The notes under the pieces: generated by a model
Told to the model about the DNA's origin: nothing
Database searches by the model: none
Seen by the model: only the letters and a program-made list of their open reading frames with translations
Source of the DNA: Candidatus Wolframiiraptor gerlachensis
Lineage (GTDB): Archaea; Thermoproteota; Nitrososphaeria_A; Caldarchaeales; Wolframiiraptoraceae
Assembly: GCA_021323375.2 (NCBI GenBank)
Contig: JAJPCT020000016.1
Coordinates: 1 to 64,000 of the forward strand
Direction: 5' to 3'
Length of the DNA stretch: 64,000 nt
Shown here: piece by piece, positions 19,195 through 29,593 of the stretch
How positions within the stretch are numbered: the first letter of the stretch is position 1
Layout: each line of letters starts with the position of its first letter
Made by a program: the position numbers and the translations under genes

Positions 19195-19246
19195 GACCGC
19201 GCTCATAGGCCTCGAAAACACTTTCGCCTAGATAGTAAGCGCCCCT
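19195..19246 (-). other. 3' strand of the pre-23S processing stem with BHB motif (pairs with 23008-23058)
   Basis: GACCGCGCTCATAGGCCTCG...GATAGTAAGCGCCCCT is the inverted repeat of 23008-23058; BHB with central helix CGCC/GGCG and bulges UAC and AAA. Confidence 0.9.
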
Positions 19247-19589
19247 CGTGGACCCCTCGGGCGATTGGGAGTGGCGGGCTGAGGGCGTCCGGCACAAAGG
19301 CCTCCGCCCTTACACCCCCACCCCATCAACCCCCTCTTCTAGGGGAGCCCTCGTCGAGGGCCGAGGCCCGTCGCCGGGCCCCATGGCCCTCGATTGGCCG
19401 CCTGGTCTCGGGAGCGGCTTCGGGCTTAGATGCTTTCAGCCCTTATCCGCTGGGGCGCGGGTGCCCGGCGTCCCCCTGTAGGAGGACCGGTACCCCGTTG
19501 GCCCCGGCGCTCCGTTCCTCTCGTACTAGGAGCACCTTCCCCTCAGGCGGCCACCGCCCCCGGCAGGTAGAATCCGACCTGCCTCACGG

Positions 19590-19621
<32 letters not shown>

Positions 19622-20254
19622 CGCCGAACAGGCGCACCCTTGGCCGCTGCTGCACGGCCAGGGTGGGAAGAGCCGACATCGAGGTACCAAGCCGCGGGGT
19701 CGATGGGGACTCTCGCCCGCGACGAGCCTGTTATCCCTGGGGTAACTTTTCTGTCACCACCGCCCCCCATCGGTGGGAGGCGATGGATCGCTAGGCCCGG
19801 GTTTCCCCCCTGCGCCCCTTACGTTCAAGGGCGCAGTCAGGCCGGCTTTTGCCCTTGCACTCTACGGCGGGTTTCTGTCCCGCCTGAGCCGACCTTTGGG
19901 CCCCCTCGATACCTTTTCGAGGGGGTGCCGCCCCAGCCAAACTGCCCACCTGCCGTTGTCCCAGGGCACAGGCCCTGGTTAGCGGCGCAGCCGGAGGTGG
20001 CCGGTGTTACATCGGCGCCTCCCCCAGCCCCCGGAGAGGCTGGGATCGACGGCTCCCGGCTACGCTCTGCACCCCCAGCCGCACCGCAGCGACAGGCTGC
20101 AGTAAAGCTCCACAGGGACTTCTCTCCCCGCCGGGGGCCCCTGGACTGTGCATCCAGGTTACGTGGGTTCACGGGGTTCCGGGCGGGGACAGCGGGGCCC
20201 TCGTTGATCCATTCATGCACGTCGGAACTTACCCGACAAGGCATTTGGCTACCT

Positions 20255-20298
20255 TTCTCCCGGGGCCTTACCCACCTTGTGATAGGGCAGGTCCCCGT
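20255..20298 (-). other. 44-nt hairpin BHB intron in 23S rRNA (about position 1927, E. coli numbering)
   Basis: Interrupts CUCUUA^AGGUAGC; BHB formed by ACU-CUCU-UAA-CGGGG and CCCCG-GGAG-AAA-GGU. Confidence 0.92.
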
Positions 20299-20926
20299 TA
20301 AGAGAGTCAGAGTTACTCCCGGCGTTTAGGGGCCCTTATCCCGGTTGGACCCGGGGTTCAGGGACCCCCACTGGCCAGGATTGAGGAGCCGTTCACAACC
20401 TTTCGGTCTCGCGGCTCCCTATGTTTTTATTAAACAGTCGGGACCCCCTTGTCACTGCGACCTGCGATCCCAGGCTCGTGGCCCAGGATCGCAGGCACCC
20501 CTTCTACCGAAGGTACGGGGCTAATTTGCCGAGTTCCCTCGCCCGGAGTACCCCCAGACGCCTTAGGCTCCTCACCTAGGGGCACCAGTGTCGGTTCTTG
20601 GTACGGTCACGGGGGCTCGTTCCCGCCTCCCTTTTCACCGGCCCCAGGGCTCAGCCGAAGCCCCCATACGGGGGCCCCATCCCGCTTTCACCCGGTTCTC
20701 GCCATTACGGCACTCCCCGGGCTTATACGGTTGGACCGGGCTACGGCCCGGCTCGGCCTACCCCGAGGCGTCAGGAGGCGGGCTTGCGTTGCCGCACCTA
20801 CCCCCGTGGCACCGGAATCTTAACCGGTTTCCCTTTCGGCCTACCCGGTTAAGGTCGGCCTTAGGACCGGCTTACCCCCGGCTGACGACCATTGCCGGGG
20901 AACCCTTGCCCCTACGGCGGAGGGGA

Positions 20927-21499
20927 TATGAGGAGGGGGCTGAGGACCAAACTTTCCCAAAAAGGAAAATAGATCTACAAGCAACACGTTATAAACCCTG
21001 ATTGATAAGGTTCCAAGGCTCTGAACATGAACCATTAACTCTCTATCCTATGAAGGGTTTACGGAATTGTGAAAGAGGTATTTTCAACAGAGCTGACCAT
21101 TTGTGCTCTAACTTCTTCACCTTAGACGTTGATTCGTTAAAGCGTAATCTTATTTGCAATATTGCCTGATTTCTTTTCTTGAGGCCCCAAGCATTTCAAG
21201 AAAGTTTACTACAGCTATTATCTTTTGCAGATCGCTATTAACAAATTCGAAATCTTGTTTTCATGTAGCTTAGTCTCTTTGTCCCTTCACCAGCATAGAG
21301 TCCCAGAGTGTGTCCGAATAATGTTGCTGGAATATGGCGACGGATTTTCAGCACGTTTTTTGCAACCGTTACCGTATCGGAAGCGAAGTAACACGTTCTC
21401 CTCGTCAGTTGTCTTCTCAAAGATTAAGGTATAAAAGATTAAGGTATAGATAATAGATAATATTTTTAGAATAAGCTCAGACATAACTACATTGCTCAT
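20927..21499 (-). pseudogene. Frameshifted single-motif LAGLIDADG-like homing endonuclease
   Basis: LGLYAGEGTK (motif at 21283-21306), then after a frameshift FEFVNSDLQKIIAVVNFL...KWSALLKIPLSQFRKP, then GTLSIRVYN in a further frame; start uncertain. Confidence 0.7.
21419..21462. repeat. Tandem duplications inside the intron (15 bp x2 and 7 bp x2)
   Basis: AAAGATTAAGGTATA twice (21419-21448) and GATAATA twice (21449-21462). Confidence 0.85.
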
Positions 21500-23145
21500 A
21501 CTTACTCGTAGAGAGCAGTGCACTACCTAAGTACTATAAGTTCATTTGGTCCAAGCCCCCTCTTTCTCACCCCTCTAGCGCTGTTACTACCGCCGGGATC
21601 TGCATTAGGGGCCGGTCCACCGGACCTCACGGCCCGGCTTCTGCCCAGCCCCTACGCCCCCCTACCGCCACCCGGCATCCGCCGGGTGACCCGGGGTTTC
21701 GGCGGCCCGCTTAGACCCGTCAATTTTCGGGGCCTCCCGCCTCGGCGGGTGCGCTGTTACGCGTTCCTTAGAGGATAGCTGCTTCTAAGCTTACCTCCCC
21801 GCTGTCTTCGGCGGGAGACGCCCTTCGGTTTGTTCACTTAGCGGGCACTTAGGGGCCTTAACCCCAGGTCTGGGTTGTTCCCCTCTCGGGGCAGGAGCTT
21901 ACCCCCCGCCCCCCACTCCCGGGGTCTACGGCGCCCAGGGATTCGGAGTTCGAAAGGGAGGCGGGCCCTTTCGAGCCCTTACCCCCCTATCGGTGCTCTA
22001 CCCCCTGGGCGGCCTCGCCCGGGGCTGTCCTGCGAGACACTTCGGGGGGAACTAGCTATCACCGGGCTTGATTGGTCTTTAGCCCCTACCCCCAGGTCAG
22101 GGGACCGAATTGCACGTCAGGACCCCTTACGGGCCTCCACCGGGGTTTCCCCCGGCTTCACCCTGCCCAGGGGTAGATCGCCCGGTTTCTAGCCGCACGG
22201 CCGTGACTTCAGGCCCTTATCAGACCCCGCCCCTCGGAGAGCATAATGCTCTCCTGCGGGCTAGTCGGTTTCCCTACGCCTACGGGCCTTGGTGAGCCCT
22301 TAGGCTCGCCACGACCGTGCACTCCCCGGCCCGTGTTTCAAGACGGAGCGGGCGACCCCGGTATCCCCCCTCGACCCCCATGGTGAGGGGTCTTCGGAGG
22401 GATTGCCCTTGAGGGCCGCCCACGTCTGTTACCGGCCGGTTTCAGGCGCTTTTCACCCCCCTCCCGGGGTACTTTTCACCTTTCGCTCACGCTACTGGTG
22501 CGCTATCGGTCTCGGGACGTATTTAGCCTTGGAGGCCGATGACCCCCAACTTCCCGCACCCTATCCGGGGTGCGGTACTCGGGGACCCGGGCATCACCCC
22601 TCCCGCCTTCCCCTACGGGGCTATCACCCTCTATGGCGGCCCATTCCAGGGCACTTCGGGTCAGCGGGCTGGGGTGGGCCCCGGGCCCATCACCCCACAT
22701 TCCCGCAGAGTTATCCCCTGCGGGTTCGGTTTGGGCTCCTCCCCTTTCCCTCGCCGGTACTCGGGGAATCCCATTTTGGTTTCTTTTCCTCCCCCTACTT
22801 GGATGTTTCCGTTCGGGGGGTTCCCGATCCCAGGGGCCTTAACCCCCGGGATCGAGGGCTGGGAGCAGAGCCCCCAGCCCTCAGGAGATCCCATTCGGAG
22901 ATCCCCGGATCAACGCCCGCCTGCGGCTACCCGGGGCTTTTCGCAGCTTGCCACGCCCTTCCTCGGCGCCCGAGCCGAGGCATCCACCGGCCGGCGTACT
23001 CGGGTCCAGGGGCGCTTACTATCCAGTAGGCGGTGTCTCGAGGCCTATGAGCGCGGTCATCGAAGTGAGCGCTCTCCCGCATCCGATTTCCAGCGCGGCT
23101 GCGCTGGAAACCTTCATCGTGCCAACCATTTCTCCTATGCGGCTG

Positions 23146-23162
23146 CATATAAGTATTTTCAA
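23146..23162 (-). promoter_or_regulatory. BRE/TATA promoter of the stand-alone 23S rRNA gene
   Basis: Minus strand TTGAAAATA-CTTATATG upstream of a leader hairpin (TTTCCAGCGC...GCGCTGGAAA, about 23087-23110) and the processing stem. Confidence 0.65.
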
Positions 23163-23223
23163 GGCAGGGGGCTGCACAACCCCTATAATCAGCCGGCTTT
23201 GGTCTTACGAGCGTGATGCCGGG

Positions 23224-23919
23224 ATGAGCAAGCTTGGCGTAAGCTCCAAGGTTCTTAATGAGGTCATGGAGGGCGTTTTGAGGGTTTCTCGAGAGCTGTT
23301 CGAGGAGGGCCTCGTGAAGAGCACCTTTGGCGTGGTGAGCGCGAGGATCCCAGATACCGATTATGTAGTCATTACCCCGAGCGGGTTCAGGAAGGAGAGG
23401 GTTGCTAAGAAGAATCTCGTTATCGTGAACCTAGAGGGGGAGGTTGTTAGGGGTAATTTCAGGCCTTCAAGCGAGACGCCCATGCACGTCTATATTCATA
23501 AGAGGATTCCCGAGGCTAGATGTGTTGTCCACACGCATTCGCCCATGGCCACGGTCTTCGCCATACTAGAGATGGATATACCGTGCTTGACTACCGAGCA
23601 GGCGCATGCCTTCGAGGGAAGAGTACCTGTTGTTAGAAACTACTCGTATCCTGGAACGACGAAGGTCGAGGAGCTGGAGAGCATAGTTGAGGCTCTTAGA
23701 AGGAGCAAGGTCGCCCTGCTGAGAAAGCATGGCGTAATAACTTATGGCACGAGCTATGAGGAGGCCTTGGATAACGCCGTGGTCGTTGAGGAGCTTGCGA
23801 AGTCGGCGATCTTCGCACTACTTCTCGGAAAGCCGGAAGAGCTTACAGAAGCTGATATAGAATACATGAGAGAGTTTAAGAAAAAAAGGTATGGTCAAAG
23901 GCCGGCTCAGCAGCCTTAG
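23224..23919 (+). CDS. Class II aldolase/adducin family protein (fuculose-1-P aldolase / ribulose-5-P epimerase-like)
   Basis: [18 protein letters not shown] and LRKHG motifs; real start ATG 23224 (the track's upstream extension overlaps the rRNA leader). Confidence 0.9.
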   Translation: MSKLGVSSKVLNEVMEGVLRVSRELFEEGLVKSTFGVVSARIPDTDYVVITPSGFRKERVAKKNLVIVNLEGEVVRGNFRPSSETPMHVYIHKRIPEARCVVHTHSPMATVFAILEMDIPCLTTEQAHAFEGRVPVVRNYSYPGTTKVEELESIVEALRRSKVALLRKHGVITYGTSYEEALDNAVVVEELAKSAIFALLLGKPEELTEADIEYMREFKKKRYGQRPAQQP

Positions 23920-23950
23920 CCCACTCTCGCCAATTTTTTGCTTACTAGCT

Positions 23951-24586
23951 TTACGGAGTATTCGATGTCTGGGACCTGTAGTTCTCCGTAGTCTCCGAGC
24001 CTATCTCGGGCAGCTCTGGGAATTGCTTGCTCATCCGCTGGGCAGCGATCTCAGCCGCCTCCTCCAAGATCTTCCTAGCCTCCCTGTCGGCAACTGTTAC
24101 CGATGTCATTGCTCCTGTGAAGTTTCCAGCCTCAACCATCAAGCTCTCGAGCATCTCATCGATCACCTCAAGGTTGTGTGCAACCTCGGGGACTATTCCC
24201 GAGAGATCCGTCTGGATCTGCTTGATTATCCTCGTAGCGGGCGCTAGGACATTCATGACGTCCCCGAAGTCCTTTATCGTCTCTAGCCTCAGGATCACCT
24301 TCTCGAGGGATATCTGGCTCCTCAGAATAGTTCTGCTCATCCTTCGCAGCTGGGCTATCTCATTTGCGTATATCGTCGCTCTATCCCTATCCAGCTCCTG
24401 CTCAGCCGTTACACATGCCTCGAATAGCTCTCTATCTCTTGCCACCAGCCTCTGATAAGCCCTCTTCAGCTTCTCCGATTGAACTCTAAGCTGGATTATT
24501 ACATCGTTTATCCTAGGGCTCAGCGTTAGGCTTCTCTGCTGCTGGGGTTGAGGGCTCTCGCGCCTAAACAGCTCCCAAAACCTCAT
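23951..24586 (-). CDS. cdvB: ESCRT-III/Snf7 family protein (CdvB paralogue)
   Basis: RATIYANEIAQLRRM, SLEKVILRLET..DFGD, EARKILEEA and FPELP motifs. Confidence 0.88.
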   Translation of the reverse strand: MRFWELFRRESPQPQQQRSLTLSPRINDVIIQLRVQSEKLKRAYQRLVARDRELFEACVTAEQELDRDRATIYANEIAQLRRMSRTILRSQISLEKVILRLETIKDFGDVMNVLAPATRIIKQIQTDLSGIVPEVAHNLEVIDEMLESLMVEAGNFTGAMTSVTVADREARKILEEAAEIAAQRMSKQFPELPEIGSETTENYRSQTSNTP

Positions 24587-24757
24587 CTATGACCACTCAA
24601 CCGCCCCTCATGCATCACTACCTATTTAGAGATTTGTAGAAACGCCTTCTAAGATAAGACGCGGAGAATTCCAGAAGAATTCCAAGGATACTATGATGGA
24701 ACAGCCAAAAATTGAGGAGGAATGTTGAGGCAAATATTTTCAAAGTAGATGAGCACC

Positions 24758-26311
24758 TTAAGGCTGCGTAGAGGACATTATTTCCGAGGCGAGCTCATAG
24801 CATTCCAACAAACTTTCATGTAGTTTCTTGTAAAGCTGATAATACTTGTCGTATATCTTGACATTCTCCGGGTTCGGCTTCACCACATTCTCGACGGAAA
24901 CCCACTCATATATCGTCTCATACTTCAGGTATCCCGTCCCCACGCCGGCCATCAGCGCGTCGCCGAGTGGGGCTCCTGGAGCCGGCTCGACATACCTCAA
25001 CTCCCGCCCGGTGACATCGGCCATTATCTGCCTCCAGATCGGGGACTTCGCGCCGCCATTAACTAAGATTATCCTCTTTATCGGTATTCCAGCCTCGTGG
25101 GCGACCTCTATGCTGTGCCTGAGCGCATATGCAACCGCCTCCAAGAAGGCTCTATAGATGTGCGCTTTGGTATGTGATAGCCTCAGGCCGAAGAGGCAGC
25201 TCCTCATGTTTGGGCTCCAGAAGGGCGCTCGCTCGCCGACCATCATGTGGGGCGTGAAGATGAGTCCATCAGCTCCCGGCGGGATCTTCTCAGCCATCTT
25301 GTCCAAGAGCATGTATGCTGATATGCCCGAGCTCTCCGCGACCAGCTTCTCATGCTGTGATAACATGTCCCTGAACCATCGGATTATTGCGCCGGCCGTC
25401 GCTATCCCGGAGTGCGAGTAGACCTTCTGCAGGTCATAAGCTACATGTGGCAGGGTCACGATCTTCTTCGATAGCCGAAGCTCATCCTGAATGACTCCGT
25501 TACACATTGATGTCCCGATCATCGATGTTAGGTCTCCATCGTTTAGCGCCGTGACGCTGAGCGCTGACATAGGGGCATCTATTCCACCAGCAACCACTTG
25601 AGTCCCCTTCCTGAGGCCCGTTGCCTTTGCCCCCTCATCCGTGATCTCGCCAACAACATCCTTCGAACAGTTTATCTCCTCAGGGAAGAAGTCCCTCGGA
25701 ATTCCCATCTCCTCCATCAAGTCCTCGGCCCAATCCCTCTTATGAATATCATATATTCCCCCGATGTTGCCAGCGCTTGAGTGGTCTATGCAATTGACGC
25801 CCGTGAGCTTGTAGATTATGTAGCCGTATATCGTCATGAGCTTGTATATCCTTTCCCAGTTCTTCGGCTCGTGTCTCTTTATCCAGAGTATCTTCGGGAA
25901 GCCATAATATGGGTCGATGACGTTCCCGGTCTTCTTGAAGACCTTATCCTCCCCTATCTCCCTCCTAATCCACTCGCATTCCTCGATAGCCCTCCTATCC
26001 ATCCAGATTATTGCGGGGCGTATTGGCTTAAACTCCTTATCAACAGGCACTCCGGCTCCCGAGAATAAGCCGCTTATCGAGATGCCTACTATATCTGCGG
26101 GATCAACCTTAGCCGCGTGGAGGACTCCACGTATGCTCTCGACATAGGCGTTCCACCAGACATCGGGCCACTGTTCCGCCCAGCCCGGATTGGGAATCAG
26201 TATATCCGACTCAACAAAGGATGTCGCCAAGATCCTCCCAGACGCATCCACTATGACGCTTTTTGTCCCGAAAGTCCCGACATCGGTCCCGAGGAAGAGG
26301 GGCCCGCCCAT
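24758..26311 (-). CDS. FGGY-family carbohydrate kinase
   Basis: LGTDVGT, GWAEQ.P, IIWMDRR, GGID and NGGAKS motifs. Confidence 0.9.
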   Translation of the reverse strand: MGGPLFLGTDVGTFGTKSVIVDASGRILATSFVESDILIPNPGWAEQWPDVWWNAYVESIRGVLHAAKVDPADIVGISISGLFSGAGVPVDKEFKPIRPAIIWMDRRAIEECEWIRREIGEDKVFKKTGNVIDPYYGFPKILWIKRHEPKNWERIYKLMTIYGYIIYKLTGVNCIDHSSAGNIGGIYDIHKRDWAEDLMEEMGIPRDFFPEEINCSKDVVGEITDEGAKATGLRKGTQVVAGGIDAPMSALSVTALNDGDLTSMIGTSMCNGVIQDELRLSKKIVTLPHVAYDLQKVYSHSGIATAGAIIRWFRDMLSQHEKLVAESSGISAYMLLDKMAEKIPPGADGLIFTPHMMVGERAPFWSPNMRSCLFGLRLSHTKAHIYRAFLEAVAYALRHSIEVAHEAGIPIKRIILVNGGAKSPIWRQIMADVTGRELRYVEPAPGAPLGDALMAGVGTGYLKYETIYEWVSVENVVKPNPENVKIYDKYYQLYKKLHESLLECYELASEIMSSTQP

Positions 26312-26458
26312 AGGCCATCAAAGAGTAAATATCATCATGTGGCATAAATATAAGCAGTTCCGCCCACGGGCTTTAGGCGTCGCTCGAGCTTCCCCTAGGA
26401 GGCTGCGCAACGATTAATATTCCCCGCTATTGGATGATAGACTGTAAGTGGGGGTTTC

Positions 26459-27094
26459 ATGGATAGAGCTTCCGCCGTGATCTATATTGGAATTGATAGG
26501 TCGTGTAGGCGTGAGCTTGGGCTAGCGAAGATAGCGGGTAAGCCCATGATAGAGCATGTATTGGATGCTGTTCCGGATGATGTCGAGGAACTAGCAATAC
26601 TCGTGGGCGAGTGCGATGACCCGGAGGTTTATAATGAGGTCGCGGAGAAGTATCTCGCTGAGATTATAGAATTTAAGGAGCAGGCTGTTAATGATCGTAG
26701 GCTGATAGAGTTCGCGATCGATAATATTCAGGGTGACAGGATGCTCATACTCCCGGGGAACGCCCCGCTTATCACGAGGGATTTCGCCGCATTTCTTCTC
26801 GAGTGCTCCAAGAGGTTTAGGGCTGTTTTGCCAAGATCGCCCGCGAGGAACACGATATACTTGATGGCATCATATCAGACCAGGCCCATTAGAGAGTTCT
26901 TCGGCTCCCACCCCAGCGCCGGGATGGATGAGGCTGTTAAGAGCATCGGCGGCGCGATCTACCTCTCAAGCATGAGCCTCAGGATATTTGATGAGAAGCT
27001 TGGGATGTTCTTCAGGGTCTCGACTCCTCAAGACCTGAAGAGGGCGGAGAAAATATTGAAGACTAGGAAGACTCAGCGCCTGATTGAGCTATGA
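26459..27094 (+). CDS. Divergent MobA-like NTP transferase
   Basis: IAGKPMIEHVL, LPGNAPLI and FFRVSTPQDLKRAE; canonical LAGGxxxR motif degenerate. Confidence 0.65.
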   Translation: MDRASAVIYIGIDRSCRRELGLAKIAGKPMIEHVLDAVPDDVEELAILVGECDDPEVYNEVAEKYLAEIIEFKEQAVNDRRLIEFAIDNIQGDRMLILPGNAPLITRDFAAFLLECSKRFRAVLPRSPARNTIYLMASYQTRPIREFFGSHPSAGMDEAVKSIGGAIYLSSMSLRIFDEKLGMFFRVSTPQDLKRAEKILKTRKTQRLIEL

Positions 27095-28083
27095 AAAAGC
27101 TCGGGAAGATTGATCGAGAGCTTCTCGAGAGGTTTGTCTTCCGCAGGCTTGGCTATAGGAGAAGAGATGTAATAGTCCCGCCTAGATTTGGCGAGGATGC
27201 CGGGGTTGTTAGGGCCGGGGGCGGGCCCCTCGTATTGGCCACGGATCCCATAACAGGGGCCAGCGAGCTGGCGGGCTGGCTCTCCGTCCACGTGAATGCG
27301 AATGATGTCGCAGTCATGGGGGCTGAGCCGAAATGGTTCTCGGCAACGATACTTCTTCCAGAGGATGGTTTGGGGGGTCTCGACCGGATAACACATGATA
27401 TTCATCGAGCCTGTAGAAGCCTGCGCGTAGCGGTTGTAACAGGGCATACGGAGGTCTCCCCTGGGATCTCTAGGCCCATAATAGTTGGCCAGATGATTGG
27501 TGAGCTGGTCTCTAGGAGGCCTATCACGTCCTCTGGTGCGAGGCCCGGGGACCTCCTAGTGATGTCTAAGACCGCTGGGATAGAGGGGACCGCGATCCTA
27601 GCGTCGGATTTCAGGAGCATGCTTGCCGGGAGGGTGCCAAATGAGATTCTGGCCCAAGCGGAGAAGTTCTACGAGAGGATAAGTGTTGTCAAAGAGGCTT
27701 TGAGGCTGGCTAGGGAAGGGCTTGCCAACGCCATGCATGATCCCACGGAGGGCGGCCTGATCGGCGGAGCTTATGAGCTCGCGGAAGCCAGCAGCTGCTC
27801 CTTCATAATATATGAGGAGGCAATCCCCGTGGCTAGGGAGACCAGGATAATATGCGAAGCTCTTGAATGCGACCCCCTAAAGCTCATCTCCTCCGGCGTC
27901 CTGCTCGCTGCTGTTCCCAGAAGGCTTGCCAAGAGGCTGTCGAGAATACGAGGTTTCAGAGTAATCGGTGAGCTGAGGGGGAGGGGGGAGGGGAATATTG
28001 TCGTGAGGAAGGATGGTTCAGAGGAGAGGATTAAGGGGCCGGTTCTAGACGAGCTCTGGAGATTATTTATGGAACATGGGTAA
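27091..28083 (+). CDS. AIR synthase-related (PurM/HypE-like) protein
   Basis: GEDAGV, TDPITGA, NANDVA, GHTE, MHDPTEGG and ISSG motifs. Confidence 0.85.
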   Translation: MKKLGKIDRELLERFVFRRLGYRRRDVIVPPRFGEDAGVVRAGGGPLVLATDPITGASELAGWLSVHVNANDVAVMGAEPKWFSATILLPEDGLGGLDRITHDIHRACRSLRVAVVTGHTEVSPGISRPIIVGQMIGELVSRRPITSSGARPGDLLVMSKTAGIEGTAILASDFRSMLAGRVPNEILAQAEKFYERISVVKEALRLAREGLANAMHDPTEGGLIGGAYELAEASSCSFIIYEEAIPVARETRIICEALECDPLKLISSGVLLAAVPRRLAKRLSRIRGFRVIGELRGRGEGNIVVRKDGSEERIKGPVLDELWRLFMEHG

Positions 28084-28136
28084 GCCCCCGGCATCAATAA
28101 TAAATTTCAGCATGTCGTTTTCGCGGAGGGAAATCT

Positions 28137-29591
28137 GTGGCGGAGATTTTAGGGCGTATCGGCCTCTCCTTCGATGATGTTCTACTTGTTCCAAGAAGAT
28201 CTTCCATAAGGTCTAGAAAGGAGGTTGATACGCGGAGCAAGTTCACGAGGAGGATCTGGCTGAATATACCCATCGTCTCTGCCGCTATGGATACTGTGAC
28301 GGAGTCTAGGATGGCTATAACCATGGCTAGGGAGGGTGGGATAGGCGTCATACACAGGTTTATGCCGCCCCAGAAGCAGGCTGAGGAGGTCTCGAAGGTC
28401 AAGCGCGCTGAGAACATCGTGATAGAGAAGCCCGCGACGATAAGGCCTGAAGCCACGGTCAAGGATGCAAAGGATCTCATGAGCTTCCTCGGGATAAGCG
28501 GCCTCCTCGTGGTCGATGATCATGGCAAGCTGCTCGGGATCATAACTAGGAGGGATGTCCTCTTCGAGGATAATAGGAGGCTTGTCAAGGATTGCATGAC
28601 TCCGAGGAGTGATATGATAGTCGCGAGGGAGGGTGTTTCGCTCGAGGAGGCTAGGGAGATATTCAGGAGCCATAAGATAGAGAAGCTGCCGATAGTGGAT
28701 GATGAGGGGAGGCTTAAGGGTCTGATAACGAGCGTCGATCTTGTTAAGCGCGAGGCCTATCCGAATGCCTCTAGGGACTCAAAGGGGAGGCTTCTAGTCG
28801 CTGCTGCCGTGGGCGTCAAGGAGAGGGAGCTTGAGAGGGCTCAGCTCTTGGTGGAGGCGGGCGTGGACGCACTTGTCGTCGATGTGGCCCATGGCCATAG
28901 CGAGATGTGTATGGAGATGGTGAAGAGGCTTCGGATAATCTATGGTGACGATGAGGAGATTGTTGCGGGGAATGTTGCGACGCGGGAGGGCGTGGAGGAT
29001 CTAGCATCGGCTGGGGCGAGCGCTGTCAAAGTTGGTATAGGCCCTGGATCCGTCTGCACGACTAGGGTTGTTGCCGGCGTCGGCGTCCCCCAGCTCACGG
29101 CGATAATAGAGTGCGCAGAGGCTGCTGAGCAGATGGATGTGCCGATAATCGCTGATGGCGGGATAAGGGAGAGCGGTGACGTCGTGAAGGCCCTTGCCGC
29201 CGGGGCATCAACCGTGATGATAGGGAGGCTTCTGGCGGGCACGGATGAGAGCCCAGGAACGATCGTGATGAAGAATGGGAGGAGGTATAAGATATACAGG
29301 GGCATGGCCTCGATGTATGCCATGCTCGGGAGGGAGTTCATGATGAGAGATGATGCGGAGGCCCTGCTAGACGCCTCGGAATACTCATACTATGCTGAGG
29401 GCGTGGAGGCCTATGTTCCATATGTCGGCTCGGCCTCGGATGTTGTAAGGAGGCTCGTGGCAGGCCTGAGGTCTGGCATGAGCTATCTCGGTGCCAGAAA
29501 TCTTGATGAGTTGAGGAGGAACGCCATCTTCATCAGGATCAGCCCGGCCAGTGTTAGAGAGAGTTATCCCCATGATGTGGAAGTGATCTAG
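28137..29591 (+). CDS. guaB: IMP dehydrogenase with CBS pair
   Basis: [33 protein letters not shown] and YRGMAS motifs. Confidence 0.97.
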   Translation: MAEILGRIGLSFDDVLLVPRRSSIRSRKEVDTRSKFTRRIWLNIPIVSAAMDTVTESRMAITMAREGGIGVIHRFMPPQKQAEEVSKVKRAENIVIEKPATIRPEATVKDAKDLMSFLGISGLLVVDDHGKLLGIITRRDVLFEDNRRLVKDCMTPRSDMIVAREGVSLEEAREIFRSHKIEKLPIVDDEGRLKGLITSVDLVKREAYPNASRDSKGRLLVAAAVGVKERELERAQLLVEAGVDALVVDVAHGHSEMCMEMVKRLRIIYGDDEEIVAGNVATREGVEDLASAGASAVKVGIGPGSVCTTRVVAGVGVPQLTAIIECAEAAEQMDVPIIADGGIRESGDVVKALAAGASTVMIGRLLAGTDESPGTIVMKNGRRYKIYRGMASMYAMLGREFMMRDDAEALLDASEYSYYAEGVEAYVPYVGSASDVVRRLVAGLRSGMSYLGARNLDELRRNAIFIRISPASVRESYPHDVEVI

Positions 29592-29593
29592 GG

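Larger units (their letters stand above)
20927..21563 (-). mobile_element. 637-nt BHB intron in 23S rRNA (about position 1287, helix 47) carrying a homing-endonuclease remnant
   Basis: AT-rich insertion in GGGUGAGAA^UCCCC; BHB formed by GGGG-UGAG-AAA-GAGGGGGC and GCCCCCUC-CUCA-UAU-CCCC; additional stem GGACCAAA/UUUGGUCC. Confidence 0.92.

Noticed and set aside
19355-19392. Strong hairpin near the 23S 3' end as a possible third intron
   Set aside because: It sits at the variable helix 98 position and has no BHB geometry.
24693-24745. ATGATGG...TTGA...ATGTTGA as a C/D sRNA
   Set aside because: The boxes are degenerate, there is no terminal D box and no recognisable rRNA complement.
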